A stretch of DNA of 64,000 bases from Terriglobia bacterium (GTDB lineage: Bacteria; Acidobacteriota; Terriglobia; 20CM-2-55-15), in assembly GCA_963664115.2 (NCBI GenBank), contig CAXWPJ010000009.1, positions 448,001 through 512,000 on the forward strand, in the 5' to 3' direction. Shown piece after piece: positions 30,970-41,046 of the stretch. The notes under the pieces are model-generated. The model saw nothing but the letters and a program-made list of their open reading frames with translations. It was not told the origin of the DNA and did not search any database. The translations under genes were made by a program, and so were the position numbers. The number at the start of each line of letters is the position of its first letter. Position 1 is the first letter of the stretch.

Positions 30970-31266
30970 AAAGGCAGTAACCGTCGCTTCCCCGCTCACA
31001 CTCCGCGAGTCAGTGCCTATTGTAAGATGTCGCTCCTGCTTACCGCTGCGGAGCGGCTCCGGGTTTTCACCGGATTCCCTGAAGCTTCTGTTGAGGCCAA
31101 ATCGCTAACGAGCGGGAGCGCGAAACGCCCTTCATGCAACGCCAATCCAAATGAATTGTCGAAGAGCGAAATAGAGCGAAGGGCAAGAGCAGACTCAGTG
31201 CCATCGACATACAACAACAGCGCGCGCAACAGTTGAAGGGAATCAGTTTGTTGTACCTTTAATGTC

Positions 31267-33105
31267 ATGAGCCCCGGTTACGACCCCCACTCGGAATATA
31301 CGCTGCGGCGCGAAGCGCGCCTGAATGATGTGCAGCAATCCGCGAAACTCTTCTTTCGAATAGCGCAGGCGCGCCTCGCAACAGCGATCACCTTTGTTCT
31401 CGTCGCGTGGATGGGCTGGTGGCGCGGTTTATTCTCGGCATCATGGTTGCTGGTTCCGGCCATGGGATTCCTGATACTGGTCATCATTCATGCGCGTCTG
31501 GACGAAAAGAAGAAGCGTGCAGAGAAAGCGGTGCACTTCTATGACGACGGACTGGCGCGGATCGAAGATCGCTGGGCCGGTCGAGGAAACTCGGAAAAGA
31601 CTTTCGTTGACGCGTCGCATCTTTTCGCCCCCGACCTGGACATATTCGGTGAAGCGTCGTTGTTTGAATTGCTGTGCACAGCCCGCACACGATCCGGCGA
31701 GCGGACCCTCGCGAGTTGGTTGACGTCCGCTGTAGACCGTAGCGAGGTTTTGGCAAGGCAGGACGCGGTGGAGGAATTACGTCATCGGCTCGATCTCCGA
31801 GAAGATCTCGCGACCCTTGCATCGAAGATCCGATCGTCGATACATCCGGATCGGATAATCGGATGGGGCGAATCGCCTCCGGTTCTGACCAGCCGCTGGG
31901 CGCGGATTGCGGCGCCGTTTCTGGCCACGGGAACTTTTTCGGCTGTCGGTGCGGTTTGGTATTCGGGCACCGATGACGCCTGGCTCGTTTTGGCCGGTCT
32001 TCTCGTGCTGGCAAGCCTCTTCGGGCTGTTTTATCGGAAGCGTGTCTTGATCGTTATCGCGGCTGCCGAAGAGCAGGAACATGATCTCGAACTGTTGTCC
32101 GAGATACTCCTCCGTCTGGAGAAAGAAGAATTCCGGTCCCCACGTCTCCGCGAACTTCGATCTTCGCTCGACACCGACGGGCTGGCTCCATCAAGCCAGA
32201 TCGCACGTTTCACACGCTTGAGCAGCGTTCATACGATGCGAGGGAGCGAGTTGCCGTTCGCGCTCGTCTTGCTCTTTGTCCTCCAGGGGATTCTGATCCT
32301 TCCCTTCTCTTTCTCAATGTGGTCGACGCAATTCGCGTTCGCACTCGAGGCCTGGCGCCGGAGGTGTGGATCGTCAATCCGACACTGGGTCTCAATTGTC
32401 GGGGAGTTCGAGGCAATGTGCGCGCTGGCCGGGTTTGCCTACGAGCATCCGGAGGATCCCTTTCCGGACGTTGTGGAAGAGGGGCCGGTATTCGAAGGTG
32501 ATGACCTGGGTCATCCGCTCATCGCGCGGACCCGGTCCGTGGCGAATACGGTGCGACTTGGTGTGGAACCTCAATTGCTGGTCGTGAGCGGTTCCAACAT
32601 GTCGGGGAAGACCACGCTGCTCCGAACCGTCGGTGTGAACACGGTACTGGCCCTGGCGGGAGCGCCCGTGCGCGCCCGACGTTTGCGGTTGTCACCTTTG
32701 GCTGTGGGTGCGGCAATCCAAATACAAGATTCGCTTCAGGCCGGAGCGTCGCAGTTCTATGCGGAGATCCAACGTATCCAACACATCATAGAGCTTACCG
32801 GCGGCGGTCTGCCCGTCCTGTTCCTTCTGGACGAACTTCTCCACGGCACCAACTCACACGACCGGGCAATCGGGGCCGAAGCGATCGTGCGCAGCTTGAT
32901 GCGGCGTGGAGCCATTGGCCTTGCCACCACTCACGATCTGGCCCTGGCGAAGATTGCCGAAGCGCTACACCCCAGTGCTGCCAACGTCCATTTCGAAGAT
33001 CAACTCAAAGATGGCAGGATGGTCTTTGACTATCGAATGAAACAGGGAGTCGTTCAGCACAGCAATGCCCTGGGCTTGATGAAATCCCTCGGACTGGACG
33101 TTTGA
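31267..33105 (+). CDS. Membrane-anchored MutS domain V ATPase
   Basis: TM segments, SGSNMSGKTT, LLDELLHGTNSHDR, TTHDL. Confidence 0.88.
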   Translation: MSPGYDPHSEYTLRREARLNDVQQSAKLFFRIAQARLATAITFVLVAWMGWWRGLFSASWLLVPAMGFLILVIIHARLDEKKKRAEKAVHFYDDGLARIEDRWAGRGNSEKTFVDASHLFAPDLDIFGEASLFELLCTARTRSGERTLASWLTSAVDRSEVLARQDAVEELRHRLDLREDLATLASKIRSSIHPDRIIGWGESPPVLTSRWARIAAPFLATGTFSAVGAVWYSGTDDAWLVLAGLLVLASLFGLFYRKRVLIVIAAAEEQEHDLELLSEILLRLEKEEFRSPRLRELRSSLDTDGLAPSSQIARFTRLSSVHTMRGSELPFALVLLFVLQGILILPFSFSMWSTQFAFALEAWRRRCGSSIRHWVSIVGEFEAMCALAGFAYEHPEDPFPDVVEEGPVFEGDDLGHPLIARTRSVANTVRLGVEPQLLVVSGSNMSGKTTLLRTVGVNTVLALAGAPVRARRLRLSPLAVGAAIQIQDSLQAGASQFYAEIQRIQHIIELTGGGLPVLFLLDELLHGTNSHDRAIGAEAIVRSLMRRGAIGLATTHDLALAKIAEALHPSAANVHFEDQLKDGRMVFDYRMKQGVVQHSNALGLMKSLGLDV

Positions 33106-33128
33106 ACTGCTTATCGGGCTGGATCTAG

Positions 33129-34977
33129 TCCCTGAACAAGCGTGATTGACGAGGAAATGATAGTGCAATAAGAGCGGAAGTACCCGAAATGCCCCCTCTC
33201 CGTGCGAAAAAAACCTTGAACAGATTCTTCGGAAAAGGAGGCATTTCAGATGAACGATTATACGCGCAAGAACATGAGGAACCGCAAGCGGCGAATCGAA
33301 CGTCGGCTTGGGGACCGGCATTGGACGGATCAGGTAGAGCCGATGTTTTCGGCGAGCAACATTCAGTACGAGATGGGAGAGCGGACGCGGGGCACATCGG
33401 TTGGTGGTATCGGGACGATGCAACTGGTGGCGCGGCGGACCGGGCTGATCGAAGCCATCGACAAGGGCGTGCATGTGTTGAAGCGGCACCTGCCGTATCA
33501 CGAGTCGGATCACGTGCTGAACATCGCCTACAACGCCTTGAGCGGAGGAACGTGCCTGGAAGACATCGAACTGCGGCGCAACGATGCGGTGTATCTGGAT
33601 GCGCTGGGAGCGCAACGGATTCCGGATCCGACGACGGCGGGAGACTTCTGCCGGAGATTCGAGGCCGACGACGTGGAGTGTCTGATGGAGGCAACCAATC
33701 AAGTCCGGCTCGGAGTCTGGCGACAGCAACCGGCGGCGTTTTTCGAAGAAGCGGTGTTGGACGCGGACGGGACACTGGCCGAAACCACGGGGGAATGCAA
33801 GCAAGGGATGGACGTGGCCTACGACGGGACGTGGGGATATCACCCGCTGATGATCTCGCTGGCCAACACCGCCGAACCGCTGTATCTGGTCAATCGTAGC
33901 GGCAACCGGCCGTCGCATGAAGGAGCCGCGGTCCGGTTCGACCAAGCCATCGCATTGTGCCGGCATGCGGGGTTTCGCCAGATCCTGCTGCGCGGGGACA
34001 CGGACTTCAGCCAGACCCGGCATCTGGACGGATGGGACGACCAGCAGGTGGGTTTCATATTCGGGATTGACGCGATGGCGAACCTGAAGGCCCGGGCCGA
34101 TGAACTGGAGCCGCGCCAGTGGAAGCGCCTGGAACGGCCCGCGAAATACGACGTGGCGACCGAACCGCGCCAACGTCCCGACAACGTGAAGGAAGAGATC
34201 GTTCGGCAGCGCGGTTTCGACAATATCCGCTTGCAGGGTGAGGATGTGGCCGAGTTTCGGTATCGACCCGGAGCCTGCGATCGGGACTACCGTGTCGTCG
34301 TGGTGCGGAAGAATCTGTCGGTGGCCAAAGGAGAGCAGGTGTTGTTTGACGACATCCGGTACTTCTTCTACATTACCAACCGTTCGGATCCGGCCGACCA
34401 GATTGTGATGCGTGCCAATCAACGGTGCAATCAGGAGAATCTCATTGAGCAGTTGAAGAACGGCGTTCAGGCGTTGCGGATGCCGGTCGGAGATCAGACC
34501 AGCAACTGGGCCTACATGGTGATCGCGTCACTGGCCTGGACACTGAAAGCGTGGTTTGCATTGCTGCTTCCCGAAACCGGACGTTGGGGCCAAAAATATC
34601 AGGCTGAGAAGCAAACCGTGCTGCGCATGGAGTTCAAAACCTTCTTGAACGCTTTCATGCTTGTGCCGTGCCAACTCGTGCGCACCGGGCGGCGCATTCT
34701 GTTCCGGATCCTGGCCTGGAACCGGTGGTTGCCGGTCTTGTTCCGCGGGGTGGATGTGTTGCGTCAGCCTCTGCGATGTTGACCCGATCATGACTCTGAG
34801 CCCGGGCGATCGAGGTCCCGGTTTCTGTCAACCGTCCAACACCAGCGAGGCTGAACTGAAACAGATTCAACAGAAACTCGATACCTGGAACAGGCCATCC
34901 GGGAACGGGATTCTATGCCTCGAATTCTATCGGCGCGAACTGGGCCTCGGCGGACTGGTTATGCGCTTGTTTTGGGA
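33129..34977 (+). mobile_element. IS1380-family insertion sequence
   Basis: IRs TCCCTGAACAAGCG / revcomp TCCCAAAACAAGCG, flanked by CTAG at 33125-33128 and 34978-34981. Confidence 0.88.
33250..34782 (+). CDS. IS1380-family transposase
   Basis: PDPTTAGDFCRRF, LDADGT, GYHPL, LRGDTDF, RCNQENLIEQLK. Confidence 0.93.
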   Translation: MNDYTRKNMRNRKRRIERRLGDRHWTDQVEPMFSASNIQYEMGERTRGTSVGGIGTMQLVARRTGLIEAIDKGVHVLKRHLPYHESDHVLNIAYNALSGGTCLEDIELRRNDAVYLDALGAQRIPDPTTAGDFCRRFEADDVECLMEATNQVRLGVWRQQPAAFFEEAVLDADGTLAETTGECKQGMDVAYDGTWGYHPLMISLANTAEPLYLVNRSGNRPSHEGAAVRFDQAIALCRHAGFRQILLRGDTDFSQTRHLDGWDDQQVGFIFGIDAMANLKARADELEPRQWKRLERPAKYDVATEPRQRPDNVKEEIVRQRGFDNIRLQGEDVAEFRYRPGACDRDYRVVVVRKNLSVAKGEQVLFDDIRYFFYITNRSDPADQIVMRANQRCNQENLIEQLKNGVQALRMPVGDQTSNWAYMVIASLAWTLKAWFALLLPETGRWGQKYQAEKQTVLRMEFKTFLNAFMLVPCQLVRTGRRILFRILAWNRWLPVLFRGVDVLRQPLRC

Positions 34978-36549
34978 CTAGGGGAGCCAGAACCAGAATG
35001 CGGCTTGATCGCCTATAGAATGGACAACCTCTATGGCCACTGTTTCGCTCGTGCCGAGTTCGTCCAGCATCCCAATCTCGCTGATACACAGCATGCGGTC
35101 GGATGTGGCCAGCGCAGCGAGTTCTTCCTCCGACAGCGCGGTCTCAACGTGCCTGCCGCGATAGTACTCGAGTCCGTACTCCATCCACGGCCTGGGCCTG
35201 TACAGAACCACGTTCTGGCCCTCGGAAACGAAGCGATTCAGTTCCGTTTCCCAGGGGCGCATCGATTCAACACTCTGGATTCGCGGGAATACCGCGGCCG
35301 TGATTACGAACACCAGGATCGCGATCGTAAGCACATTCAAAGTGCCAAACGCCGGTGGCGGCAACCAGATGCCGATGGCAACCAGAGCCGCTGCCATCAC
35401 GAGTGTCACGGCCAGGATGGCCATTCCGTTGACCTGAATGTCGATGTTTATCTGATCTCCAAAGAAGCCAAAAGCAAGGCCGACTGCGACCCAAAGCGCC
35501 GCCTGAGCGAATGCGGCAATCCGGTAAGACAGCAGGCTGTCGCGCCGGGACACTTCCCGGGCGCACAACAGCGCGAGCGGTGGCACCATGGGAAGGATGT
35601 AGGCGGGCAGCTTTGAGCCGGAAAGCGAAAAGAAGATAAGAGGCGCCAGAGCCCACATCAGAATCAGTTGCTCATTCCGGGCGAAACGGCGCCGCAGCGC
35701 CGGGATCAAGAGAAAGCTCCACGGGAATGTCATCAGCAGAAGCACGGGAAGGTAGAAATAGAAGGGTTGCTCGTGCCCGTACACGTCACTGGTAAAGCGA
35801 CCCAGATTGTGCTCGAGAATAAAGACGTTAATGAATTCCATTCCGTTCGCCATCGTTACGGCCGCATACCATGGACCCGCAACCAGGCCCGTAACAAGGA
35901 TTCCCTCCGGATGCCACTTCTTCCACTCTCCTATTGGTCCCCGCCAGATCAGAAACATCACGAGCGCAAACGCGGGCAGAACGATTGCAACCGGTCCCTT
36001 CGCAAGCACACCTAAGCCCAGCGCGGCATAGAAGGCATAAAAATACCAGCGCCGGGAAACTCCAGAGGATTCATGACCAACGATAAAGAAGGCGAGCGCC
36101 GCCGTCAGTGACGCCGTCAATGGCATATCGGTCGAGGCCGCCCGCGCAAGACCGAAGAAACCGATCGATGTGGCCAGAATCACTGCCCCGCCGAAGCCAA
36201 TGCTTCGGCTAAACACACGCCGACCGGCCCAGTAAACCATGAAGACCGACAGCGTCGCGCCCACCGCCGATGGCAGCCGTGCTCCAGTTTCGCCTATGCC
36301 AAAGATGGCATACCCCAGGGCAGCACCCCAGTACATCAGTACGGGCTTTTCGAACCAGTTCTCACCAAGAAGTCGGGGGGTGATGTAGTCGCCGCTCAAA
36401 TACATCTCGCGCGCTACGGCCGCATATCGAGGCTCATCGGGCCCTAAGAACCCAATTCCACCCAACTCGTGGAAAAAGAGGACGTAACAGAGTCCGGCAA
36501 GTGCAGCGGGGATGAAGTAGTCGAGGTCGTGGTCCAGCTTCGGTCTCAT
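34978..36549 (-). CDS. ArnT/PMT-family (GT39/GT83-like) membrane glycosyltransferase
   Basis: PDEPRYA, WFEKPVL, RLPSA, LAKGP, multiple TMs. Confidence 0.88.
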   Translation of the reverse strand: MRPKLDHDLDYFIPAALAGLCYVLFFHELGGIGFLGPDEPRYAAVAREMYLSGDYITPRLLGENWFEKPVLMYWGAALGYAIFGIGETGARLPSAVGATLSVFMVYWAGRRVFSRSIGFGGAVILATSIGFFGLARAASTDMPLTASLTAALAFFIVGHESSGVSRRWYFYAFYAALGLGVLAKGPVAIVLPAFALVMFLIWRGPIGEWKKWHPEGILVTGLVAGPWYAAVTMANGMEFINVFILEHNLGRFTSDVYGHEQPFYFYLPVLLLMTFPWSFLLIPALRRRFARNEQLILMWALAPLIFFSLSGSKLPAYILPMVPPLALLCAREVSRRDSLLSYRIAAFAQAALWVAVGLAFGFFGDQINIDIQVNGMAILAVTLVMAAALVAIGIWLPPPAFGTLNVLTIAILVFVITAAVFPRIQSVESMRPWETELNRFVSEGQNVVLYRPRPWMEYGLEYYRGRHVETALSEEELAALATSDRMLCISEIGMLDELGTSETVAIEVVHSIGDQAAFWFWLP

Positions 36550-36560
36550 CTTAAAAGTAT

Positions 36561-37487
36561 GTGAAAATACCACGGATGCGTGTGGGGGTAAAAGCTCGTA
36601 TACAGTACATCTTAGCGAGAGGCATACTTGGCGTCTTCACTTCGATGTCCCGGGACATGGCCTCGGGAGCGGGTAGAATCGTTGCCCAAATCGGCTACCA
36701 CCTCGCCGGACACCAGCGCAGCACCGCTCTTCACAACCTTCGCATGGCCCTGCCTGAGTTATCCGAAGACGAGCGTCAGCAAATCGTTCGAGGTATTTTC
36801 TCCAACCTCGGCCGGCTCCTTGTCGAGTTCAGCCAATTTCCAAAACTAACGCCAGAAAACGTCTCTGAAAGGGTTGAGTACGAGGGCCTGGATAATTATT
36901 TGGAAGGACTCCGGCGCGGCCGGGGTGTGTTGTTCCTTACAGCTCACGTCGGTGCCTGGGAACTGTCGTCCTTCGCGCACTGTCTCTACGGCTATCCCAT
37001 GAAGTTCCTGACGCGGCCACTGGACAATCCCATGGTGGAGTCACTGATCACCGGCATGCGAACGCTGTCAGGGAACCGTGCCATCGATAGAAACGGCGCG
37101 GCGCGCGAAGTTCTGAAGGCGCTCCGGAACAATGAGACCGTAGGCATCCTCATCGATCAAAACACGATTCAGTCCGAAGGCGTGTTCGCCGATTTCTTCG
37201 GAATTCCAGCGGCCACAACACCCGCTCTGGCAACGTTCGCCATTCGGACCGGAGCCGCAGTCGTCCCCGGCTTCATTCGTTGGGATGGGAAACGAGAACG
37301 CCATGTCCTCTCCTTTGAACCGCCGGTCGAATTGAAACAAACGGGCAATCCCCAGGACGACATCGTCGCCAACACACTCATGTTCAACAATATCCTCGAA
37401 CGCTTCGTCCGGCGGTTCCCGGACCAGTGGTTGTGGATTCACAAGAGATGGAAAACCCGCCCAGAAGGTGAACCCTCCCTTTACTGA
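36561..37487 (+). CDS. lpxL: Lipid A lauroyl/late acyltransferase (LpxL/HtrB family)
   Basis: AHVGAWE, LIDQ, FFG.PA, PDQWLWIHKRWK. Confidence 0.85.
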   Translation: MKIPRMRVGVKARIQYILARGILGVFTSMSRDMASGAGRIVAQIGYHLAGHQRSTALHNLRMALPELSEDERQQIVRGIFSNLGRLLVEFSQFPKLTPENVSERVEYEGLDNYLEGLRRGRGVLFLTAHVGAWELSSFAHCLYGYPMKFLTRPLDNPMVESLITGMRTLSGNRAIDRNGAAREVLKALRNNETVGILIDQNTIQSEGVFADFFGIPAATTPALATFAIRTGAAVVPGFIRWDGKRERHVLSFEPPVELKQTGNPQDDIVANTLMFNNILERFVRRFPDQWLWIHKRWKTRPEGEPSLY

Positions 37488-37493
37488 AATTTC

Positions 37494-37631
37494 ACCGCAA
37501 AGGCGCAAAGACGCAAAGGTCATCAGTCAGAAGGACAATAACTTCTGTCGTTCGACTCGGCGACAAAAAACCGGCCCGTAGCGGGGCCGGCTTTAAGAAA
37601 TCTTATATTTGCGTCTTTGCGCCTTTGCGGT
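37494..37631. repeat. Intergenic inverted-repeat element of the CGCAAAGN-unit family
   Basis: Perfect 24-bp IR ACCGCAAAGGCGCAAAGACGCAAA (37494-37517 / 37608-37631) around a 90-bp spacer. Confidence 0.85.
37565..37594 (-). terminator. Rho-independent terminator (htpX; possibly bidirectional)
   Basis: AAAAAA-CCGGCCC-loop-GGGCCGG-CTTT. Confidence 0.7.
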
Positions 37632-37639
37632 TGATTCTT

Positions 37640-38494
37640 CTATTCGATCGCGCCGTAGGCCATTTTTTCCAGGCGGGCAACGCGCTCGGCCATCGGGGGG
37701 TGTGTGCTGAAAAGCCTGGCCGTTCCGCCGCCACGGAGCGGGTTCACTATGAACATGTGGGCCGTGGCCGGGGTGGCAGCCATCGGAACACGCTTGGCCT
37801 GAGCTTCCAGTTTCTTCAAGGCACTGGCCAGCCACAGGGGGTTGCCACACATCCGGGCACCGGTCGCGTCAGCCTGATACTCACGGGAACGCGAAATCGC
37901 CATCTGAATGAGCCCAGCCGCGATCGGTGCGATGATCATCATCGCGATCATGCCGACGATGCCGCCACCATTGTTTTGGTCTCGCCGGCCGCCGCCAAAT
38001 ATCATCGCCCACTGGGCCATGGTGGCCAGCATGCCGATCGCACCGGCGATCGTTGCGGCCACGGTGCCGACGAGGATGTCGCGGTTGCGGACGTGCGCCA
38101 GTTCGTGCGCCATGACACCGGCTAACTCTTCCCGACTGAGCAGCTTCAGGACGCCTTCAGTCGCAGCGACCGCTGCATGACTCGGATTACGGCCCGTTGC
38201 AAAGGCGTTTGGAGCCTCTGAAGGGATGACGTAAACCTTCGGCATGGGCATATTCGCCCGCGTCGTCAGATCGCGCACCACGCCATACAGTTCCGGGGCA
38301 TCACTCTCGCTGGCTTCCTTGGCCCGGTACATTTTCAAGACGAGTTTGTCGCTGAACCAATAGGAAAAAGCATTCATCCCGATCGCCATAACGAAGGCGA
38401 TGACCATCCACTGTCGGCCTCCGAAGGCTCCGCCGGCAAGTACGAGCAAGACGGTCAGCCCTGTCATGAGAGCAGCAGTCTTTGCAGCGTTCAT
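37640..38494 (-). CDS. htpX: Zinc metalloprotease HtpX
   Basis: [31 protein letters not shown]. Confidence 0.96.
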   Translation of the reverse strand: MNAAKTAALMTGLTVLLVLAGGAFGGRQWMVIAFVMAIGMNAFSYWFSDKLVLKMYRAKEASESDAPELYGVVRDLTTRANMPMPKVYVIPSEAPNAFATGRNPSHAAVAATEGVLKLLSREELAGVMAHELAHVRNRDILVGTVAATIAGAIGMLATMAQWAMIFGGGRRDQNNGGGIVGMIAMMIIAPIAAGLIQMAISRSREYQADATGARMCGNPLWLASALKKLEAQAKRVPMAATPATAHMFIVNPLRGGGTARLFSTHPPMAERVARLEKMAYGAIE

Positions 38495-38578
38495 TTTTCT
38501 CCTCCGCGCTTACGAGCGCCTCTCTGTTTGTCTCGGCCGCATTAGTCTTAAGAGTCTTAAGTCTTAACTTTACCCTTT

Positions 38579-39934
38579 CTATTTGATTCTATGAGTCAAA
38601 AGCTCATTGTCAACTCGCGGGGCACGGACGTCACTCCCCATTGCCCTCTGAAGAAACTCCGCGATATGAACGACCTCGAGATCGAGACCGTGGCGCCGGA
38701 CTCCGTACTGGAGTTGGAACAGGCAACCCGGATTACCTGTAACGATCACGTCCAGATTCGCAGCACGAATGTTCTCCATCTTTCGATCAAGAATTTCCAT
38801 CGACAATTCGGGCTCGGTCAGGTTATAGATACCGGCGCTGCCGCAGCACTCGTCCGCACCTCGGACCTCGATCAGATCCAAACCCGGAATCCCAGAGAGT
38901 AATTCCCGCGGTGCGTCACTGACACCTTGAGCATGAATCAAATGACAGGGATCGTCGTATCCCACACGCAGCTTCAGACGATTCGTCAGCCGCGTCTGAA
39001 TCGAAGTCGACGCTAAGAACGAGGACACATCCATGACCTTTGCGGAAAACTCTTCGGCCCCATCGATCAACAGCGGGTACTCGACCAGCATCGCGCCACA
39101 CCCCGAGGCGTTCACGATGATCGCGTCCACGTCAGGAGAGGAGAACGCAGCGAGGTTCGTTCGGGCCATGTCGGAAGCGGTTTCTCTGAATCCGGCATGG
39201 TTCGCCAAGGCCCCGCAACAGATCTGGTCGGGGGGGACTATCACGTCGTATCCTGCCGCCGTGAGCAAACCGACGGTTGCCCGGTTGACTTCGCCAAGCA
39301 AAGAGTTCATCACGCAACCGGAGAGGAAAGAAACCGTGCCCTCCCGCCGCCCAAGAGCCCTATAGATGTTCCCGGGACGGACACCGTAGGTGAATTCGAC
39401 TTCGGGTGTCATCTCTTCCGCCCCAGCGTATGCAGGCGCGAAACGCTTCAGCAGGCCCGTGGTTCTCAGGATTGGGGACATTCCCGACTTCCGATAGAGT
39501 TGCAACAGGCGGGCCGCGATATGAAACCGACCCGGGTACGGGAAGACATGCTTGAGTACGAGTCTGGAAACGAGGTTAGGGACACGCTCTCTCGCGATCT
39601 GCCCTCGCATCTCCTCCATCATGTTTCCGAAACGGACTCCAGAAGGGCATGCCGTTTCGCAGGCTCGACAGTCCAGACAGCTGGACATGTGTCGCACGAA
39701 GCTGTCGGTAATCGTCGTCCGGCCCTCCGCAAAGGCACGCATCAGGTAGATGCGGCCCCTGGGAGAATCCATTTCCGTCCCGAGCACGCGATAGGTCGGG
39801 CACGACGACAGGCACAATCCACAATGAATACAATCGAGATAACCGGCGTTTGCGTCGATACTCGAAACGCCATCACTCCCGGCCTTGTCAACCGTCTTGT
39901 CATCAATAGCGCCGTGACCGGTAACCGCGCTCAT
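38579..39934 (-). CDS. glcF: Glycolate oxidase Fe-S subunit GlcF
   Basis: CIHCGLCLSSCPTY, SPRGRI, CRACETACPSGV, two CCG domains. Confidence 0.88.
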   Translation of the reverse strand: MSAVTGHGAIDDKTVDKAGSDGVSSIDANAGYLDCIHCGLCLSSCPTYRVLGTEMDSPRGRIYLMRAFAEGRTTITDSFVRHMSSCLDCRACETACPSGVRFGNMMEEMRGQIARERVPNLVSRLVLKHVFPYPGRFHIAARLLQLYRKSGMSPILRTTGLLKRFAPAYAGAEEMTPEVEFTYGVRPGNIYRALGRREGTVSFLSGCVMNSLLGEVNRATVGLLTAAGYDVIVPPDQICCGALANHAGFRETASDMARTNLAAFSSPDVDAIIVNASGCGAMLVEYPLLIDGAEEFSAKVMDVSSFLASTSIQTRLTNRLKLRVGYDDPCHLIHAQGVSDAPRELLSGIPGLDLIEVRGADECCGSAGIYNLTEPELSMEILDRKMENIRAANLDVIVTGNPGCLFQLQYGVRRHGLDLEVVHIAEFLQRAMGSDVRAPRVDNELLTHRIK

Positions 39935-41046
39935 TGGGGGTTTTCTCCGTCGACGTGCCGCCCCGGATTGAGACGGTGGTCGGGATCGAAGGCATTCTTG
40001 ATTTCAACCATCAACCGGTGTTCAGCCCCACGGATGCCAAAGGCAGGTATTTGACGTCTCACTTCAAGCGGCGCCCGTTCGATGACGACTGGGTATTCCT
40101 GTCTCAATGCGGCGATCTGGTCCGGCGGAAGACGCATCAGAACAATTCCGCGAGCCGGGTGTGCCAACCAGGGTGCCGGTTCGAAGCGCTTCAATACATC
40201 ACCCACAGCTGAGGGTGAAACGGCGACTCGAACGACAAGGTCTCCGAGACGTTCATAGAAATCGCGAACGGATTCCCATGCTGCGGGTTCCCCGTCCGGG
40301 TCGAATCGTTCCCAATCACCGCCGGGCAAATGCTCCAGCTGCCATTGGACCGCTGCGGCTGTATCTCCAAACCGGATATAGAGCGCATTCTCGGGTCCGA
40401 GCCAGACGAAGGAAATGGGATTGAGCGGACCGGTACGAATGCGCCGAACCATCGCGGAAGCATCCGCCAGAGTCGATACCGGAAGTCGTGCGGTCGCCGT
40501 CGTCTGATAGCGGGGGCTCACCTTGAAACTGACTTCAGAAATAACGGCCAACGATCCCAGAGAGCCCGTGTATAGCTTTGCCAGATCGTATCCGGAGACG
40601 TTCTTGACAACGCGGCCTCCCGTACGCGATATCCGTCCGATCGAATCCACCACCGTCATCCCGATGATCCAATCGCGCACGGTCCCGACTGTGCGGAGGG
40701 GTCCCTGTGCGTTGGTCGCGACGATGCCGCCGATCGTCCGGTTCCGCCCGTTCCACGGATCCAACGGAAGCATTTGATCGTGCCGGGCCAGCGCATCCTG
40801 CAGCTCACCGAGTCGTATTCCGGCCTCCACATGAACGGTCAGATCGGCTGGAACATACTCAGTGATTCGATTCAGCCGGCGGGTGTCCACAACGGAATCG
40901 ATAGCGCCGAGCGGGTTGCCGACCGAAAGCGCGCTGCCGGATCCGACCGGCGCAATGGTCCTCGACGCTTTCGCCATGGCATCCGCTAACTCTTCGATCG
41001 AAGCCGGGGCCAGTACAGAGTCCACCGTTAGGGAATCGACGATCAA
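39931..41046 (-). CDS. glcE: Glycolate oxidase FAD-binding subunit GlcE
   Basis: GGRVVKNVSGYDL, FDP...LNPGR; lies between glcD and glcF. Confidence 0.85.
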   Translation of the reverse strand: MIVDSLTVDSVLAPASIEELADAMAKASRTIAPVGSGSALSVGNPLGAIDSVVDTRRLNRITEYVPADLTVHVEAGIRLGELQDALARHDQMLPLDPWNGRNRTIGGIVATNAQGPLRTVGTVRDWIIGMTVVDSIGRISRTGGRVVKNVSGYDLAKLYTGSLGSLAVISEVSFKVSPRYQTTATARLPVSTLADASAMVRRIRTGPLNPISFVWLGPENALYIRFGDTAAAVQWQLEHLPGGDWERFDPDGEPAAWESVRDFYERLGDLVVRVAVSPSAVGDVLKRFEPAPWLAHPARGIVLMRLPPDQIAALRQEYPVVIERAPLEVRRQIPAFGIRGAEHRLMVEIKNAFDPDHRLNPGRHVDGENPQ

